Source of the DNA: Terriglobia bacterium | GTDB taxonomy: Bacteria > Acidobacteriota > Terriglobia > 20CM-2-55-15 | Assembly (NCBI GenBank): GCA_965198225.1 | Contig: CBDAOY010000009.1 | Location: 864,001 to 928,000, forward strand | Reading direction: 5' to 3' | DNA: 64,000 bases | Shown: positions 1 to 10,843 of the stretch, piece after piece | How the letters are laid out: every line of letters starts with the position of its first letter | Numbering within the stretch: position 1 is the stretch's first letter | Notes under the pieces: model-generated | Told to the model about the DNA's origin: nothing | Database searches by the model: none | The model's input: the letters and a program-made list of their open reading frames with translations, nothing else | Position numbers and translations under genes: made by a program

Positions 1-511
1 CGATGCCGACGATCTCCAGATCGCGGCGACGTCCGTTGATTATGGCTCGGAGCGTGTCTCCCGGTTCGAACCCGTGGGCCAGGGCGAATCCCTCGCTGAC
101 GAGAACCTCGCCCGACCGGGTCGGATCGATGTAGCGTCCGCGCCTGATGAACAAGTCGTTCAATATCGTCCGGCGGCGCGACGGTATCGAGACCAGTTTG
201 CCGACGGCCGGTTCGGACATACCCTCGATGTCCAGCGTGGAGACTGCGCTGACCCGCAGTTCCACCCCCGCGACCCCCGGAATCTCGGCGATCCGACCCT
301 CCAGGTACTGCGGAGCGCGTTTGAGCGACGCGAAGACGTCGGCGAACCGGTAGCGGTCGTAGTAGGTCTGCTGCGTGAGCCGGAGCGATTCGAAAGCGCC
401 CAGGTACATGACATAGACCGTCACCGCTGCGGCGATCACCAGGCTGATCGCCAGCACCTGGCCTTTCATGCGCCAGAGGTCTCGGACGAGTTTGCGGTTG
501 ATGGCTTCCAT
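1..511 (-). CDS. ABC transporter permease (FtsX/MacB-like), N-terminal part; runs off the window start
   Basis: Not in the ORF track; hand translation from ATG at 511 gives MEAINRKLVRDLWRMKGQVLAISLVIAAAVTVYV...YYDRYRFADVFASLKRAP. Lies directly downstream of an ABC ATPase. Confidence 0.8.
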   Translation of the reverse strand, partial: MEAINRKLVRDLWRMKGQVLAISLVIAAAVTVYVMYLGAFESLRLTQQTYYDRYRFADVFASLKRAPQYLEGRIAEIPGVAGVELRVSAVSTLDIEGMSEPAVGKLVSIPSRRRTILNDLFIRRGRYIDPTRSGEVLVSEGFALAHGFEPGDTLRAIINGRRRDLEIVGI

Positions 512-522
512 CAGTCCTGTAA

Positions 523-646
523 CAAGATGCTGAAAAAGCCTTCCATGGCTTTTGTCAGCACCGCCACTCGCGAGGCGCGACTCCCTCGTGGCTTACATTT
601 TCAATGGCTTGTAGCCATTGAAAATGGGCCCATCCTGAGCCGCTAG
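523..646. mobile_element. Partial MITE, family B (homologous to 31332-31492)
   Basis: CAAGATGCTGAAAAAGCC...CAATGGCTTGTAGCCATTGAAAATGG aligns by eye with the reverse complement of the 31332-31492 element; ends at CTAG. Confidence 0.65.
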
Positions 647-656
647 TGGCCATTAC

Positions 657-1406
657 CTACCATTCCAGCTCGGACGGCCGGATCTTGTGCGCGTTCTCAC
701 GCATCGATGCGATGTGTCCGTCCGACAACGCGATCACGCGGTCCGCCATCGCTGCGATCGATGCGTTGTGTGTGATCACCGCCGTCGTCGTGCCCAGTTC
801 CCGGTTGACCTTCGCGATCGCCTCGAGGACGACGATGCCGGTCGTGATGTCCAGCGCTCCTGTCGGCTCGTCACACAGGAGGACGTCGGGACGTTTCGCG
901 ATAGCACGGGCAATGGCGACTCGCTGTTGCTCGCCGCCCGAGAGTTGAGAAGGGAAGTGGTCGATGCGATCTCCGAGGTCGACCCGCTCGAGAGCTTCCT
1001 CGGGTGTCAGCGGATCATCCCCGATGTCGGTCACCAGCGCGACGTTTTCCCGTGCCGTGAGGCTCGGGATCAAGTTGTAGAACTGGAACACGAAACCGAC
1101 GTGACGGCGCCGGTACGAGGTGAGCTCGTGTTCCTCTGCCGCCGTTAGATCGCGACCGCGGTATATGACCGTCCCGGCGGTCGGTACATCCAGCCCGCCC
1201 AGGATGTTCAGCAGCGTCGACTTTCCGCTGCCCGACGGGCCGAGAAGCACGATGAACTCGGACTCGTAAAGCGATACGTCGATGCCGCGCAGCGCGTGAA
1301 CCTCGACATCCCCCATGGGGTAGACCTTCGTGATGCCGCGGGCTTCGAATACGACTTCAGCGGGTGTAGCTCGGTCTCGATCGGCTGTTTCCGGTTGGAC
1401 TCTCAT
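657..1406 (-). CDS. ABC transporter ATP-binding protein (LolD/MacB-like)
   Basis: Walker A GPSGSGKS, signature LSGGEQQRV, Walker [12 protein letters not shown]. Confidence 0.93.
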   Translation of the reverse strand: MRVQPETADRDRATPAEVVFEARGITKVYPMGDVEVHALRGIDVSLYESEFIVLLGPSGSGKSTLLNILGGLDVPTAGTVIYRGRDLTAAEEHELTSYRRRHVGFVFQFYNLIPSLTARENVALVTDIGDDPLTPEEALERVDLGDRIDHFPSQLSGGEQQRVAIARAIAKRPDVLLCDEPTGALDITTGIVVLEAIAKVNRELGTTTAVITHNASIAAMADRVIALSDGHIASMRENAHKIRPSELEW

Positions 1407-1506
1407 CGGTGGCGCCCACTACTATCAGTTTAGCCTGGATTTCTCACAAGAAATCCAGGTTACCGCGTTTTCGCGTGCGCGAACTTGCGCAGAGTCAATC
1501 TATTGT

Positions 1507-1573
1507 GTAGGTGCGCTCTATGAGCGCACAGCAGTTGCTTTCGCGACCGTGTGCGGTCATATACCGCACCTAC
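1507..1573. repeat. GTAG-type REP doublet (REPIN-like)
   Basis: GTAGGTGCGCTCTATGAGCGCAC followed by the inverted GTGCGGTCATATACCGCACCTAC; the unit recurs at five other loci. Confidence 0.85.
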
Positions 1574-1657
1574 AAGCTCTTGACAACTCTCGTGTTCTAG
1601 GGGGAGTAACGAGTGCTTGTGAGAAATGCGCATTAGTAAGCGGGGTCCCGGTCCAAC

Positions 1658-1689
1658 AAAAAACCCTCTCCTTCCGGAGAGGGTTTTTT
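1658..1689. terminator. Bidirectional intrinsic terminator downstream of the oxidoreductase beta gene
   Basis: AAAAAACCCTCTCC-TTCC-GGAGAGGGTTTTTT hairpin with T-tracts on both strands. Confidence 0.85.
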
Positions 1690-1737
1690 GTGAATACCGT
1701 GAACCGGCCGCGCTCGCCGTTTTTTTCGACAGCCGTC

Positions 1738-2640
1738 CTACAAGAGCTCGGCCACGAACTTCTCCGCGACCTTGGGGTCGACCTTCAGCGGTCGGTGAGG
1801 CAGCGACGTTCCTTCGCCCAGTACGGGTTCTTCCTGGTCCAGCGCCGGCAGGTCGGTCCGCTGGAAAAACTTCCCGATCGGAATCTCGTCACCCCAGAGC
1901 AGGGACCGTGTCATCGCTTCAGACCAGTCCGATGAGTCGTAGCTCTCGTCGTCTTCCAGTTTCTTCACCCGCTCCCGGAACCAGGGATAGGTGTTGTCGT
2001 GGTTGTACGTCACGCAGGGACTGAAGACGTCGATGAACGCGAATCCCCTATGCTCGAACGCCTGCTGGATCAGATCGATCAAATGTTTCTGCTGTCCACT
2101 GAATCCCCGTGCGACGAAAGTGGCTCCGCACGCCAGCGCCAGGGCGATTGGGTTGACGGGCTCCTCGATGTTGCCGAAAGGCATACTCTTCGTCTTCATG
2201 CCGACTTGACTGGTCGGCGAGGTCTGACCCGTCGTCAGACCGTATATCTGGTTATCCATGACGATATAGACCAGGTCGACATTCCGCCTCATGGTATGGA
2301 CGAAATGGTTGCCTCCGATACCGAAACCGTCGCCGTCACCTCCCGTGACGACTACGTGCAGATCAGGATTCGACATCTTCACGCCCGTAGCGACGGCGAG
2401 GGCCCGACCGTGCAGGGTGTGCATTCCGTAGGTATCGACGTAGCCGGGCAGGTTCGAGGAGCAACCGATGCCGCTGATGGTCACAACGTCGTGAGGCTGG
2501 ATCTGTAGTTCGACAAGGGCTTTCTGCACGGAAGCCAAAACGCCGAAATCACCACATCCCGGACACCAGTCCGGATCGACAGGCCCCTTGAAATCCTTGA
2601 TCGTCAGTTGGCCTTCAGGCTGTTGAATCGTAGTCGACAA
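1738..2640 (-). CDS. korB: 2-oxoacid:ferredoxin oxidoreductase beta subunit
   Basis: WCPGCGDFG, SGIGCS, TPP-binding GGDGD...IGGNH and DNQIYGLT motifs; TTG start with GGAGG RBS. Substrate specificity not determinable. Confidence 0.92.
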   Translation of the reverse strand: MSTTIQQPEGQLTIKDFKGPVDPDWCPGCGDFGVLASVQKALVELQIQPHDVVTISGIGCSSNLPGYVDTYGMHTLHGRALAVATGVKMSNPDLHVVVTGGDGDGFGIGGNHFVHTMRRNVDLVYIVMDNQIYGLTTGQTSPTSQVGMKTKSMPFGNIEEPVNPIALALACGATFVARGFSGQQKHLIDLIQQAFEHRGFAFIDVFSPCVTYNHDNTYPWFRERVKKLEDDESYDSSDWSEAMTRSLLWGDEIPIGKFFQRTDLPALDQEEPVLGEGTSLPHRPLKVDPKVAEKFVAELL

Positions 2641-2650
2641 TTTCTCCTCC

Positions 2651-4423
2651 TCAAACGTTCATTTCGTGCATCGGTACCGACAGCGTAGTATTGCCGCCCA
2701 GTTGTTGTTTCACACTTTCGACGATATGGTGCGGCATGAAGGGCTCCCCATCGTACTTGCGGATGTGCCCGTCGGCGTCGTAGCCGGTTTCACTTCGCAG
2801 GTAGCGCGCGAACTGACCACTGTAGTTGTTCTCGACGATGATCGTGTGCTTCTCCGCCTTGAGGATCTCGACGATCGCGGCGCCGTGCAGGGGTACAAGC
2901 CATCGAATCTGAAGGTGGTTGGCCGAAACACCGTCCGCGTTCAGCATTTGTACTGCTTCCTCGATGACACCCAGCGTCGAGCCCCATCCGACCAGCGTCA
3001 CCTCCGCTCCCGGATTCCCCATCAATTCCGGCGCTGGAACCGCGGCTTCGATTCCCTCCACTTTCTTCTGCCGTTTTTCCATCATCGCCCGTCGTTTGCC
3101 GGGGTTCGTGAACTCGTCGCTGATCAGAACGCCGTCTTCGTCGTGTTCGTCGGTTGAAGCGGTATGGGTGTGGTGGGGCACCCCCGGAATGGCTCGGGGA
3201 GACACCCCGCTTTCGGTGATTTCGTACCGTTTGTAACCGTTGGCTCCGTTGCTGGAAGTGATGAGTTCTCCCCGATCGATTTCGACATCGAAGTCGAGAT
3301 CCTCAGGGTTCACACTGCCAGTTCCTTCCGACAGGAGAAGATCGCTCAGGACAATTCCGGGACACTGGAACCGATCGGTCAGGTTGAACAGCTCCGGCAG
3401 AACCTTGAAACAGTCGAGAATCTCGGTCGGAGCCACGATCGCCCGGGGGTAGTCGCCATGACCGGCCCCGAGCATCTGCCAGAGGTCGCCCTGCTCGGTT
3501 TTCGTCGGAACTCCGGTTGACGGTCCCGCGCGCTGCACGTCGATGACGACGACCGGTGTCTCCATCATCGCCGACATGCCGAGACCTTCCGTCATCAGGG
3601 CGAACCCTCCACCGGAAGTCGCGCACATCGCCCGGACTCCGGTATGAGCCGCACCGATTGCCATGTTGATGACACCGATCTCGTCTTCGACCTGGCGAAC
3701 CATGATTCCGGCCGCACGGGCGTGTCCCGCCATCCAGTGCAGGACCCCGGTCGCCGGGCTCATCGGATAGGCACAGTAGAATTTGACGCCGGCCGCGGCG
3801 CCACCCATTCCCAATGCCATGTTCCCTGTCAGCATGGCCTTCGGCTCGTCGGTCATCGGCAGGGGATCGTCAAAGGCCTTGAAGTTTGCGGTTGCGTGGT
3901 CGTAGCCCGCCTTTGCGACCTTCACGTTCTCGTCGACGACAGCCTGGCCCTTGCGTTTGAATTGAGCCGTGAGGACCTCTTCGAGCGGTTTGAAACCAAC
4001 ACCCATCATGCTCAGCGCCGCGCCGAGCGCAAGCGTGTTCTGGGCGACCTTGTTTCGGGTGATGTCGGCCAACTCCCCGACCGGCAAGGCGCAGAGTTGC
4101 ACGCCGTCGGCCGCTCCGTCCGCCTGGATCGAATCCCCGTTGTAGATGACGGCTGTGCCCGGGCCCATCTGCTCGAGATGGCGATTCATCGTGTCCTGGT
4201 TGAGAGGGATCAGCAGATCGAGCTTGTCGCCCATGTTCGTCACGGGATCGACACCCGTCCGTACGGTCAGCAACGTGTGACCACCCCGGATGATCGACTG
4301 ATAGGCGTTGTACGCATTCAGGTGCAGCCCTCGGCGGACGAAGATCCGTGCAAATATGTTTCCAGGGGTGGCAACACCCTGTCCTGCAGCCCCGCCGATC
4401 GCGACCGCGAAAGTCCGATTCAT
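2651..4423 (-). CDS. korA: 2-oxoacid:ferredoxin oxidoreductase alpha subunit (gamma-alpha fusion)
   Basis: GGAAGQGV N-terminus, AYPMSPA, QVEDEI, TSGGGFALM, QRAGPSTGVPT; start set at MNRTFAV. Confidence 0.92.
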   Translation of the reverse strand: MNRTFAVAIGGAAGQGVATPGNIFARIFVRRGLHLNAYNAYQSIIRGGHTLLTVRTGVDPVTNMGDKLDLLIPLNQDTMNRHLEQMGPGTAVIYNGDSIQADGAADGVQLCALPVGELADITRNKVAQNTLALGAALSMMGVGFKPLEEVLTAQFKRKGQAVVDENVKVAKAGYDHATANFKAFDDPLPMTDEPKAMLTGNMALGMGGAAAGVKFYCAYPMSPATGVLHWMAGHARAAGIMVRQVEDEIGVINMAIGAAHTGVRAMCATSGGGFALMTEGLGMSAMMETPVVVIDVQRAGPSTGVPTKTEQGDLWQMLGAGHGDYPRAIVAPTEILDCFKVLPELFNLTDRFQCPGIVLSDLLLSEGTGSVNPEDLDFDVEIDRGELITSSNGANGYKRYEITESGVSPRAIPGVPHHTHTASTDEHDEDGVLISDEFTNPGKRRAMMEKRQKKVEGIEAAVPAPELMGNPGAEVTLVGWGSTLGVIEEAVQMLNADGVSANHLQIRWLVPLHGAAIVEILKAEKHTIIVENNYSGQFARYLRSETGYDADGHIRKYDGEPFMPHHIVESVKQQLGGNTTLSVPMHEMNV

Positions 4424-4760
4424 TCCCAACCTCCTGGCCGCTTTTCGCAGCGGCTCTTGGCCCATGACTTCAACGCGGGTTCCGACAAACCGATCAAGTA
4501 GAGTAGGCGCGCCTACAAAGCGTTCAACTGTGGTTCCACCGGCAGCGTCGGAGAGTGGTCGAAAAGGACGCGATGCGCGATTGCGACCAATCTCTTATTG
4601 AGTAAAGAGACTTAGTCTAGTCGCAGATGCCTGTTCCGAGCAAGGTTTTTCGCTGCCGCAGGGGGCCGAAGCCTTGTGTTTCCATAAGGTTGGCGTCAAG
4701 AGCACTCCTCGAGACACCAACACCGCCCGGCCTGACGAAAGCCGGGGCCGCCTCGCGGGA

Positions 4761-7181
4761 TCACAGCGCCAGCTTTCGGAGGCGTAGGGCATTCGAGATC
4801 ACAGAGACCGAACTGAACGTCATTGCGGCGCTGGCGATGATGGGACTCAGGAGGATTCCAAAGACGGGATAGAGAACCCCGGCGGCAATCGGCACGCCGA
4901 TCGAGTTGTACACAAACGCGAAGAACAGATTCTGGCGGATGTTTCGCATCGTACCGCGACTCAGCCGTCGCGCCCGAACGATACCTCTGAGGTCCCCCTT
5001 CACCAGTGTGATGCCAGCACTCTCGATTGCGACGTCCGTCCCGTCACCCATAGCGATCCCGACGTGGGCGGCAGCCAGCGCAGGTGCGTCGTTGATGCCG
5101 TCTCCGGCCATCGCAACGATCCGGCCCTCGCGTTGGAGGTCCTGGATCGTCCGGTGCTTCGCATCGGGCAGGACCTCCGCTCGAACGTCGTCGATTCCGA
5201 GCCGCCGCCCGACTGCTTCTGCCGTCGGGCGGCTGTCTCCGGTCAACATCACGATGTCGATGCCTTCGATGCGGAGCATCTGGATCGCTTCCGGCGTCGA
5301 GTCTTTGATGGGGTCGGATACGCCGATCAGACCGGCCGGCCGATCATCGACCCCAAGCAGGACCACCGTATCTCCTTCCCTCCGCATCCGTTCGGCCTCT
5401 TCGAGTAGCGGTAGTGGATCGATGTCGCGCTGTTGGAAGAGCCTCTGGTTACCGAGTACGATCTTGCGTCCGCCGACGGCTCCGATCACACCCTTGCCCG
5501 GGACTGCGCGAAATTTTTCCGCTGAGGTGAAAGCGACCCCCCGGTGATGCGCCCCGTCGACGATTGCGGCGGCGAGTGGGTGTTCGCTACCGGCCTCGAT
5601 CCCAGCCGCCGCCCGCAACACCTCCGACTCCGACCAGCCTGGAAGCGCGATCACCCTCGTCAAGCGAGGCTTGCCCTCCGTCAGGGTGCCTGTCTTGTCC
5701 ACCACCAGCGTATCCACCTTCTCGAGCACCTCCAGCATTTCGGCACTCTTGATCAGGACCCCAGCCGTCGCCCCGCGCCCGGTACCCACCATGATCGACA
5801 TCGGCGTGGCGAGCCCCAGGGCGCACGGACATGCGATGATCAACACCGCTATCGCGTTGAGCAGAGCGAACGCCATCCGCGGCTCCGGACCGATCGTCGC
5901 CCAGACGGCGAAGCTGGCCGCCGACACCATTACCACTGCGGGTACAAAATAGGACGCGACGGCGTCGGCCAGCCGCTGGATGGGTGCACGGCTGCGCTGG
6001 GCTTCGCTGACCATCCGTACGATCCTGGCCAGGACGGTCTCGCTTCCGACGTGTTCGGCGACCATGACGAGGGTACCCGTCCCGTTCACCGTGCCTCCGG
6101 TCACTCCCTCGCCCGCCGCCTTCTCCACGGGGAACGACTCGCCCGTGATCATCGACTCGTCGATCGAACTTGATCCTTCCTCCACTCGTCCGTCGACCGG
6201 GACTTTTTCTCCGGGACGAACTCGCAGCCGATCCCCCTCCCGGACCTCCGCAAGGGGGATGTCCTCCTCCAGCCCGCTCTCTGAAATCCGCCGCGCCTGG
6301 GCCGGGGCCAGGGAGAGCAGGGCCCGGATGGCGTTGCTGGTTCGGCTCCGGGCGCGGAGTTCCAGCACCTGTCCCAGGAGAACCAGTACGACGATTGCCG
6401 CCGCCGCCTCGAAATACACGGCGACGGCTCCCCCTGCGCCACGGAAGGAGTCGGGAAAGAGATCCGGCGCGACGGTAGCGGAGACGCTATACACGTAAGC
6501 CACACCTGTTCCGATCCCGATCAGGGTGAACATGTTCAGGTTGCGACTCACAACTGAGGTCCAGGCCCGCTCGAAGAACGGAAAGCCGCACCAGGCGACG
6601 ACGGGGGTCGCGAGCGCGAGCTGTATCCAGTTCAAAGTCCGCGCTCCCAGAACCTCCTCCAACAGGCCTCCGGGCATCATGTGCCCCATCGCGAGGGCCA
6701 GCAGCGGTATCGTGAAGACCAGCCCCACCCTGAAGCGGCGAGTCATCATTTCCAGTTCCGGATTGGCTTCCTCCGCGACGACGCTCGTCGGCTCAAGAGC
6801 CATTCCACACTTCGGACAGGTTCCGGCCTCGTCCCGCTCGACCTCGGGATGCATGGGGCACGTGTACACGGTGCGGAGGCGGCCCGGGTCTACTTCGAGC
6901 GGTTCGAGAGCCATGCCGCACTTCGGACATGCACCGGGACCCCGCTGCCGCACCTCGGGGTCCATCGGGCAAGTGTAGGTGTCGGATTGACCGACCGGCC
7001 GGGCCGGCTGGGACTCGTCCGTTTTGGTCACGAATCTCTCCGGATCAGTGCTGAACTTCTCGAGGCAATGATTGGCGCAGAAGTAGTAGGTCTGCCCGCG
7101 ATACTGGTGCCGTCCGGCGGCAGTTTCCTCGGCCACGGCCATTCCGCAGACAGGGTCTTTGTGGAGGGTCGAACTCATCAC
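4761..7181 (-). CDS. copA: Copper-translocating P1B-type ATPase with N-terminal YHS and heavy-metal-binding repeats
   Basis: DPVCGM...YYFC (YHS), YTCPM(D/H)PEV...CPKCGM twice, TGES, CPC, DKTGT, GDGIND. Confidence 0.92.
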   Translation of the reverse strand: MMSSTLHKDPVCGMAVAEETAAGRHQYRGQTYYFCANHCLEKFSTDPERFVTKTDESQPARPVGQSDTYTCPMDPEVRQRGPGACPKCGMALEPLEVDPGRLRTVYTCPMHPEVERDEAGTCPKCGMALEPTSVVAEEANPELEMMTRRFRVGLVFTIPLLALAMGHMMPGGLLEEVLGARTLNWIQLALATPVVAWCGFPFFERAWTSVVSRNLNMFTLIGIGTGVAYVYSVSATVAPDLFPDSFRGAGGAVAVYFEAAAAIVVLVLLGQVLELRARSRTSNAIRALLSLAPAQARRISESGLEEDIPLAEVREGDRLRVRPGEKVPVDGRVEEGSSSIDESMITGESFPVEKAAGEGVTGGTVNGTGTLVMVAEHVGSETVLARIVRMVSEAQRSRAPIQRLADAVASYFVPAVVMVSAASFAVWATIGPEPRMAFALLNAIAVLIIACPCALGLATPMSIMVGTGRGATAGVLIKSAEMLEVLEKVDTLVVDKTGTLTEGKPRLTRVIALPGWSESEVLRAAAGIEAGSEHPLAAAIVDGAHHRGVAFTSAEKFRAVPGKGVIGAVGGRKIVLGNQRLFQQRDIDPLPLLEEAERMRREGDTVVLLGVDDRPAGLIGVSDPIKDSTPEAIQMLRIEGIDIVMLTGDSRPTAEAVGRRLGIDDVRAEVLPDAKHRTIQDLQREGRIVAMAGDGINDAPALAAAHVGIAMGDGTDVAIESAGITLVKGDLRGIVRARRLSRGTMRNIRQNLFFAFVYNSIGVPIAAGVLYPVFGILLSPIIASAAMTFSSVSVISNALRLRKLAL

Positions 7182-7276
7182 GGTCAGTGTACAACGTCGC
7201 GAAGAGCAAGGAGTGGTCGGTTAGTCCGTTGCCAGATGCGATCGTTTTTACGCGGAATGACCCGCGAGAGAGCCAT

Positions 7277-7310
7277 GTGAGGGGGACAGGGGCCTGGCCC
7301 TGTCCCCGGG
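7277..7310. repeat. GTGA-type REP-like palindrome
   Basis: GTGAGGGGGACAGGGGCCTGGCCCTGTCCCC; related copies near 28857, 29145-29175 and 44071-44100. Confidence 0.7.
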
Positions 7311-7605
7311 TGTTGGCTATGCAGAAAAGTTGGGAAAAGGGTTGCTTCGCACCGCTCTGCCCGACAGTAGGAGTGTTCGGATTTTCTTGGTCAACACCAC
7401 CCCGGCGCTTCGCGCCACCCCTCCTCATCTGAGGAGGGGTGTTTGGGTAGTGGCCAACCCAAGAGACGGACCGCTTCCCCAGAGCTCGCCACATTGTCCG
7501 GCCCGGCGAACTTGATTTGTCGAAATGGCAAATCGAGGGGCGAAAGGGACAATCCTGATATTCATCATGTAACTCATTCTATGTAGTTTATCTGGCCCAA
7601 GAAGC

Positions 7606-7620
7606 TGGCCTCCGAATTGC
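7606..7620 (+). promoter_or_regulatory. Putative sigma-54 (-24/-12) promoter for the USP gene
   Basis: TGGCCTCCGAATTGC fits GG-N10-GC with TTGC, is preceded by an AT-rich tract, and ends ~47 nt before the ATG. Confidence 0.55.
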
Positions 7621-7666
7621 CATTCTCATAGCGGGAAGTTGAATCTCACTCAAGAGGGAGGTCACC

Positions 7667-8629
7667 ATGCTCAGAATCAGAAAAATTCTGGTCCCCGTTG
7701 ATTTCTCAGACCCCTCCAGGAAGGCGCTGAACTACGGGATCTCGCTGGCGGTGGAATTGGATGCCACCCTGCTGGTCGCACACATTGTGCAGTTATCGGT
7801 GCCGGTTGCGTACGCGGCCCCGATCGAGACCGATGAGATTCAGAGGAACCAGGTCGACGACACCAAGCAGAGACTCCGTGAGTGGATCCCGACCGACCTC
7901 CGGGAGATGCTCAAGTACCATTTGATTGTCCAGGGCGGAGTCATCGAGCGCGAGCTTCTTGGCATCGTGCAAAACGAGGGGGTGGACCTGGTGGTAATGG
8001 GAACCCATGGACGCCGTCGCTTCGAAAGATGGTTGTTGGGCTCTTCGACCGAGCACATCCTGCGCAAGATCCCGGTTCCGGTCCTCACCGTCTCGCATCT
8101 TGACGAGGAGCACGACATCGGGGATCCGCGTCCGATCCCGCTGCAAAAGCTGCTCTACGCCACCGACCTCTCCGAGAATTCAGGGGAAGCGATGAACCTG
8201 TCGCTGGAGTTGGCGAAGGAATTCTCCGCGGAGCTGATCGTCCTGCACGTCATGAGGAGTCTCCAGTGGGCTTACGGCACGGAGTACGTCCCGCTGGACA
8301 TCGAAAGCGACACGGTCAAGCTGCGCGAGAGTCTCTGGGAGCGGCTGGAAGCGTCGGTGCCTGAACCCTCCAGACACGATCCGAGGGTCCGAACCGAACT
8401 CCTCGAAGGTGTGCCGTACGAGACGATCCTCAGAGTCGCCGACGAAGAGAAGGCCGACATGATCGTCATGAACCTGCAGGGCAAGAGTGGCCTGGAGCGC
8501 GCTCTGCTCGGTTCCACCGCAGAAAGGGTGGTGCGCGGGGCGCACAAGCCGGTGCTTTCGGTTCCGGGCGAGACCATCAGCCGTGTGCAGGAACCGGCGC
8601 GGGCGGAGTCCGTCCGTAGCGCCAGGTAG
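7667..8629 (+). CDS. Universal stress protein with two USP domains
   Basis: ILVPVDFS...LVVMGTHGRR...LLGSSTE and a second domain LLYATDLS...LLGSTAERVVR; GGAGG RBS. Confidence 0.93.
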   Translation: MLRIRKILVPVDFSDPSRKALNYGISLAVELDATLLVAHIVQLSVPVAYAAPIETDEIQRNQVDDTKQRLREWIPTDLREMLKYHLIVQGGVIERELLGIVQNEGVDLVVMGTHGRRRFERWLLGSSTEHILRKIPVPVLTVSHLDEEHDIGDPRPIPLQKLLYATDLSENSGEAMNLSLELAKEFSAELIVLHVMRSLQWAYGTEYVPLDIESDTVKLRESLWERLEASVPEPSRHDPRVRTELLEGVPYETILRVADEEKADMIVMNLQGKSGLERALLGSTAERVVRGAHKPVLSVPGETISRVQEPARAESVRSAR

Positions 8630-8642
8630 AAGCTTTAGGAGC

Positions 8643-9578
8643 ATGACAACGATGGAAAAGAATGCGACGACTATTGCTACCTTCGACGACTGGGTCGACT
8701 ACTTCAAGAAATGGCAGGACGACATCGGACTGGACCGGAAAGTTTTCGGCGATTACGAGTGGTGCACGAAGTTCGGCGAGATCGACTCCGGCGAAGTTGA
8801 ATTTGGGGACTTCGCGGGGCGCGCAAAGTGGGAGAGTGTGATGCAGATCCCGGATCAGCGCATTCGAGACAGCCTGCTGCACTTGATCGTTTACCAGGGA
8901 GATACCGAGTTTGCCTCCACCGAGCAGCAACGCCACCTGCTGGCGAACGCGCCGAGCGAATACGAACTCCAGGCTGCGGCCCGCGTGATGAGGGAGGAGA
9001 TGCGCCACGGTTGGCAGATTGTGGAGATCGTCCAGAAGTACATCAACCGTTGGTTCTCCTCTGCGCTGGACCTGTTCGGCATCGACCATTCGTCGTCCGC
9101 GTCATGGTTTTACGTGTGGGGTTTGAAGGGTCGTTTCGACGAGCATGGTCCCTGTGGAGATCGTCCAGAAGTACATCAACCGTTGGTTCTCCTCTGCGCT
9201 GGACCTGTTCGGCATCGATTCGTCGTCCGCGTCAAGGAGGGTCGTTTCGACGAGCACGAACGAGGGATCGACAAGGATCACCTGAACGATCGTGCGCGAA
9301 CGCAGTATCATCGGGAGGTGACGGATCTGATCGGCCTCCTGAACAACGACATTACCGAGGGCAGGACCAGGCTCTACACCCCCGACATCAAGTTCAACCG
9401 TTCCCTCGGCGAGTACCAGGGCAAGACTTACAGCGTCCGGGGGGAGCTGCTAAGCTCTGAAGACTTTGTCAGCCACCTGGCCGACGTCCTGCCCGGACCG
9501 GCCGATCGAGCCAGGCTGGAAGAAATCTTCAAGGAAAAGGGCTGGATCTACCCGGTGGGGGAGCAGGTGACTGTGTGA
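8643..9578 (+). pseudogene. BoxB/PaaA-like ferritin-fold diiron epoxidase subunit, internally deleted and duplicated
   Basis: LIVYQGDTEFASTEQQRHL...EEMRH resembles BoxB. The central part with the second EExxH is absent and 9020-9145 is duplicated at 9153-9256. The frame stays open. Confidence 0.65.
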
Positions 9579-9607
9579 AGACCGTTATCCGTAGGCCGTA
9601 GGCCGTT

Positions 9608-9648
9608 GAAGAGAAGGCCCGGGCGCTTTCTGCCCGGGCCTTCTCTTC
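9608..9648. terminator. Hairpin between convergent genes
   Basis: GAAGAGAAGGCCCGGGC...GCCCGGGCCTTCTCTTC, flanked by inverted CCGTAGG heptamer repeats. Confidence 0.7.
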
Positions 9649-9683
9649 TTCTTACAACGGGTAACGGCCTACGGCCTACGCCC

Positions 9684-10745
9684 CTACTGCTCTGCCTGTG
9701 GCAGAGCAGTAGGGGGCTCCACCTGCCATCCTTCGCCGTTGAGCGATCGCATGAACTCGAGCAGGTCGGCTTTTTCCGTGTCGGTCAGTTCCAGCTCTTT
9801 CATTTCCGGGTCGAGACTCGCGTTCTGGATACCGCCATCGTTGTAGAAGTCGATAACTTCCTCCAGCGTCCAGAACCGGCCATCGTGCATGTAGGGGCGT
9901 GTGTAGGCCAGGTCGCGAAGCGTGGGAGTCTTGAACCGTCCGCGGTCCTCCTCAGCTTCCGTCACCATATAGCGTCCGAGATCCGGATTCTCCTTATCCA
10001 GGCCCACGCCGAGGTTGTGGAACTGATTGTCGGTCAGGTTGAAGCCGGCGTGACATTTCAAGCAGTTGGCCTTCTCCTGGAACAATGTCCAGCCGCGCCG
10101 CGCGGATTCAGAGAGAGCGCTCTCTTCTCCCTTCATGAACCTGTCCCAGGGCGAGTTTCCGGAAATGATCGTTCGCTCGAAGGCGGCGATCGCCTTCCCA
10201 ACACTGTCGATCGTGATATCGGGTGAGCCGAAAATCGCTTCGAACTGCTGGCGGTACCCCGGTATGCCGTTCAGAGTCTCCACCACCACCCGGTGTGTGT
10301 TGGCCATCTCGATCGGATTGGCCATCGGTCCGACGGCCTGTTCTTCAAGGTCTCTGGCGCGGCCGTCCCAGAATACGCCCAACTGTGCGTAGGCCAGGTT
10401 GATCACGGTCGGCGCGCTCCGGCCACCTTCCTGCGCCATGACGCCCATGCTGACGGGTCGGCCGTCGGTGAAGCCCATGACGGGGTTGTGACAGGTCGCG
10501 CAACTCACAGTCCCGTCCGATGACAGTCGCGGGTCGAAAAAGAGTTGCTTGCCAAGCTCGACCTTCGCGAGCGTCATCGGATTGTCTTCGGGGATCGGTG
10601 GTGGGGCGTCTATTCCCAGCGGCAGCTCGATTTCCATGGGGTCGTGTGCTCCGGGAGGGAACTGGTACCCGCTGTCGGGAGCCTGCGGCTGACAGGCGAT
10701 CGCCATCAGCCCGAATACGCTCAGTGTGATCAATGTCTTCGACAC
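9684..10745 (-). CDS. Di-heme cytochrome c peroxidase family lipoprotein (CCP/MauG superfamily)
   Basis: LGKQLFFDPRLS, CATCH, FWDGRA, CLKCH, FKTPTLR, PYMHDG; GTG start with GGAGG RBS and lipobox-like LMAIAC. Confidence 0.9.
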   Translation of the reverse strand: MSKTLITLSVFGLMAIACQPQAPDSGYQFPPGAHDPMEIELPLGIDAPPPIPEDNPMTLAKVELGKQLFFDPRLSSDGTVSCATCHNPVMGFTDGRPVSMGVMAQEGGRSAPTVINLAYAQLGVFWDGRARDLEEQAVGPMANPIEMANTHRVVVETLNGIPGYRQQFEAIFGSPDITIDSVGKAIAAFERTIISGNSPWDRFMKGEESALSESARRGWTLFQEKANCLKCHAGFNLTDNQFHNLGVGLDKENPDLGRYMVTEAEEDRGRFKTPTLRDLAYTRPYMHDGRFWTLEEVIDFYNDGGIQNASLDPEMKELELTDTEKADLLEFMRSLNGEGWQVEPPTALPQAEQ

Positions 10746-10802
10746 AGGAACCTCCTTACAAACATCATGCCGAGGTCGATCGAGGAATCGGTCCTCCAAT
10801 GG

Positions 10803-10828
10803 CCGATAGCTCCGTTACAGGCCACTAG
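10803..10828. mobile_element. Solo right end of MITE family A
   Basis: CCGATAGCTCCGTTACAGGCCA-CTAG matches the terminal repeat of 18786-19052. Confidence 0.65.
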
Positions 10829-10843
10829 AATCACCATCCCGTT

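Noticed and set aside
9020-9256. DGR template/variable repeat pair
   Set aside because: The copies differ by deletions, not adenine-specific substitutions, and the only RT in the window is a broken group II intron type.
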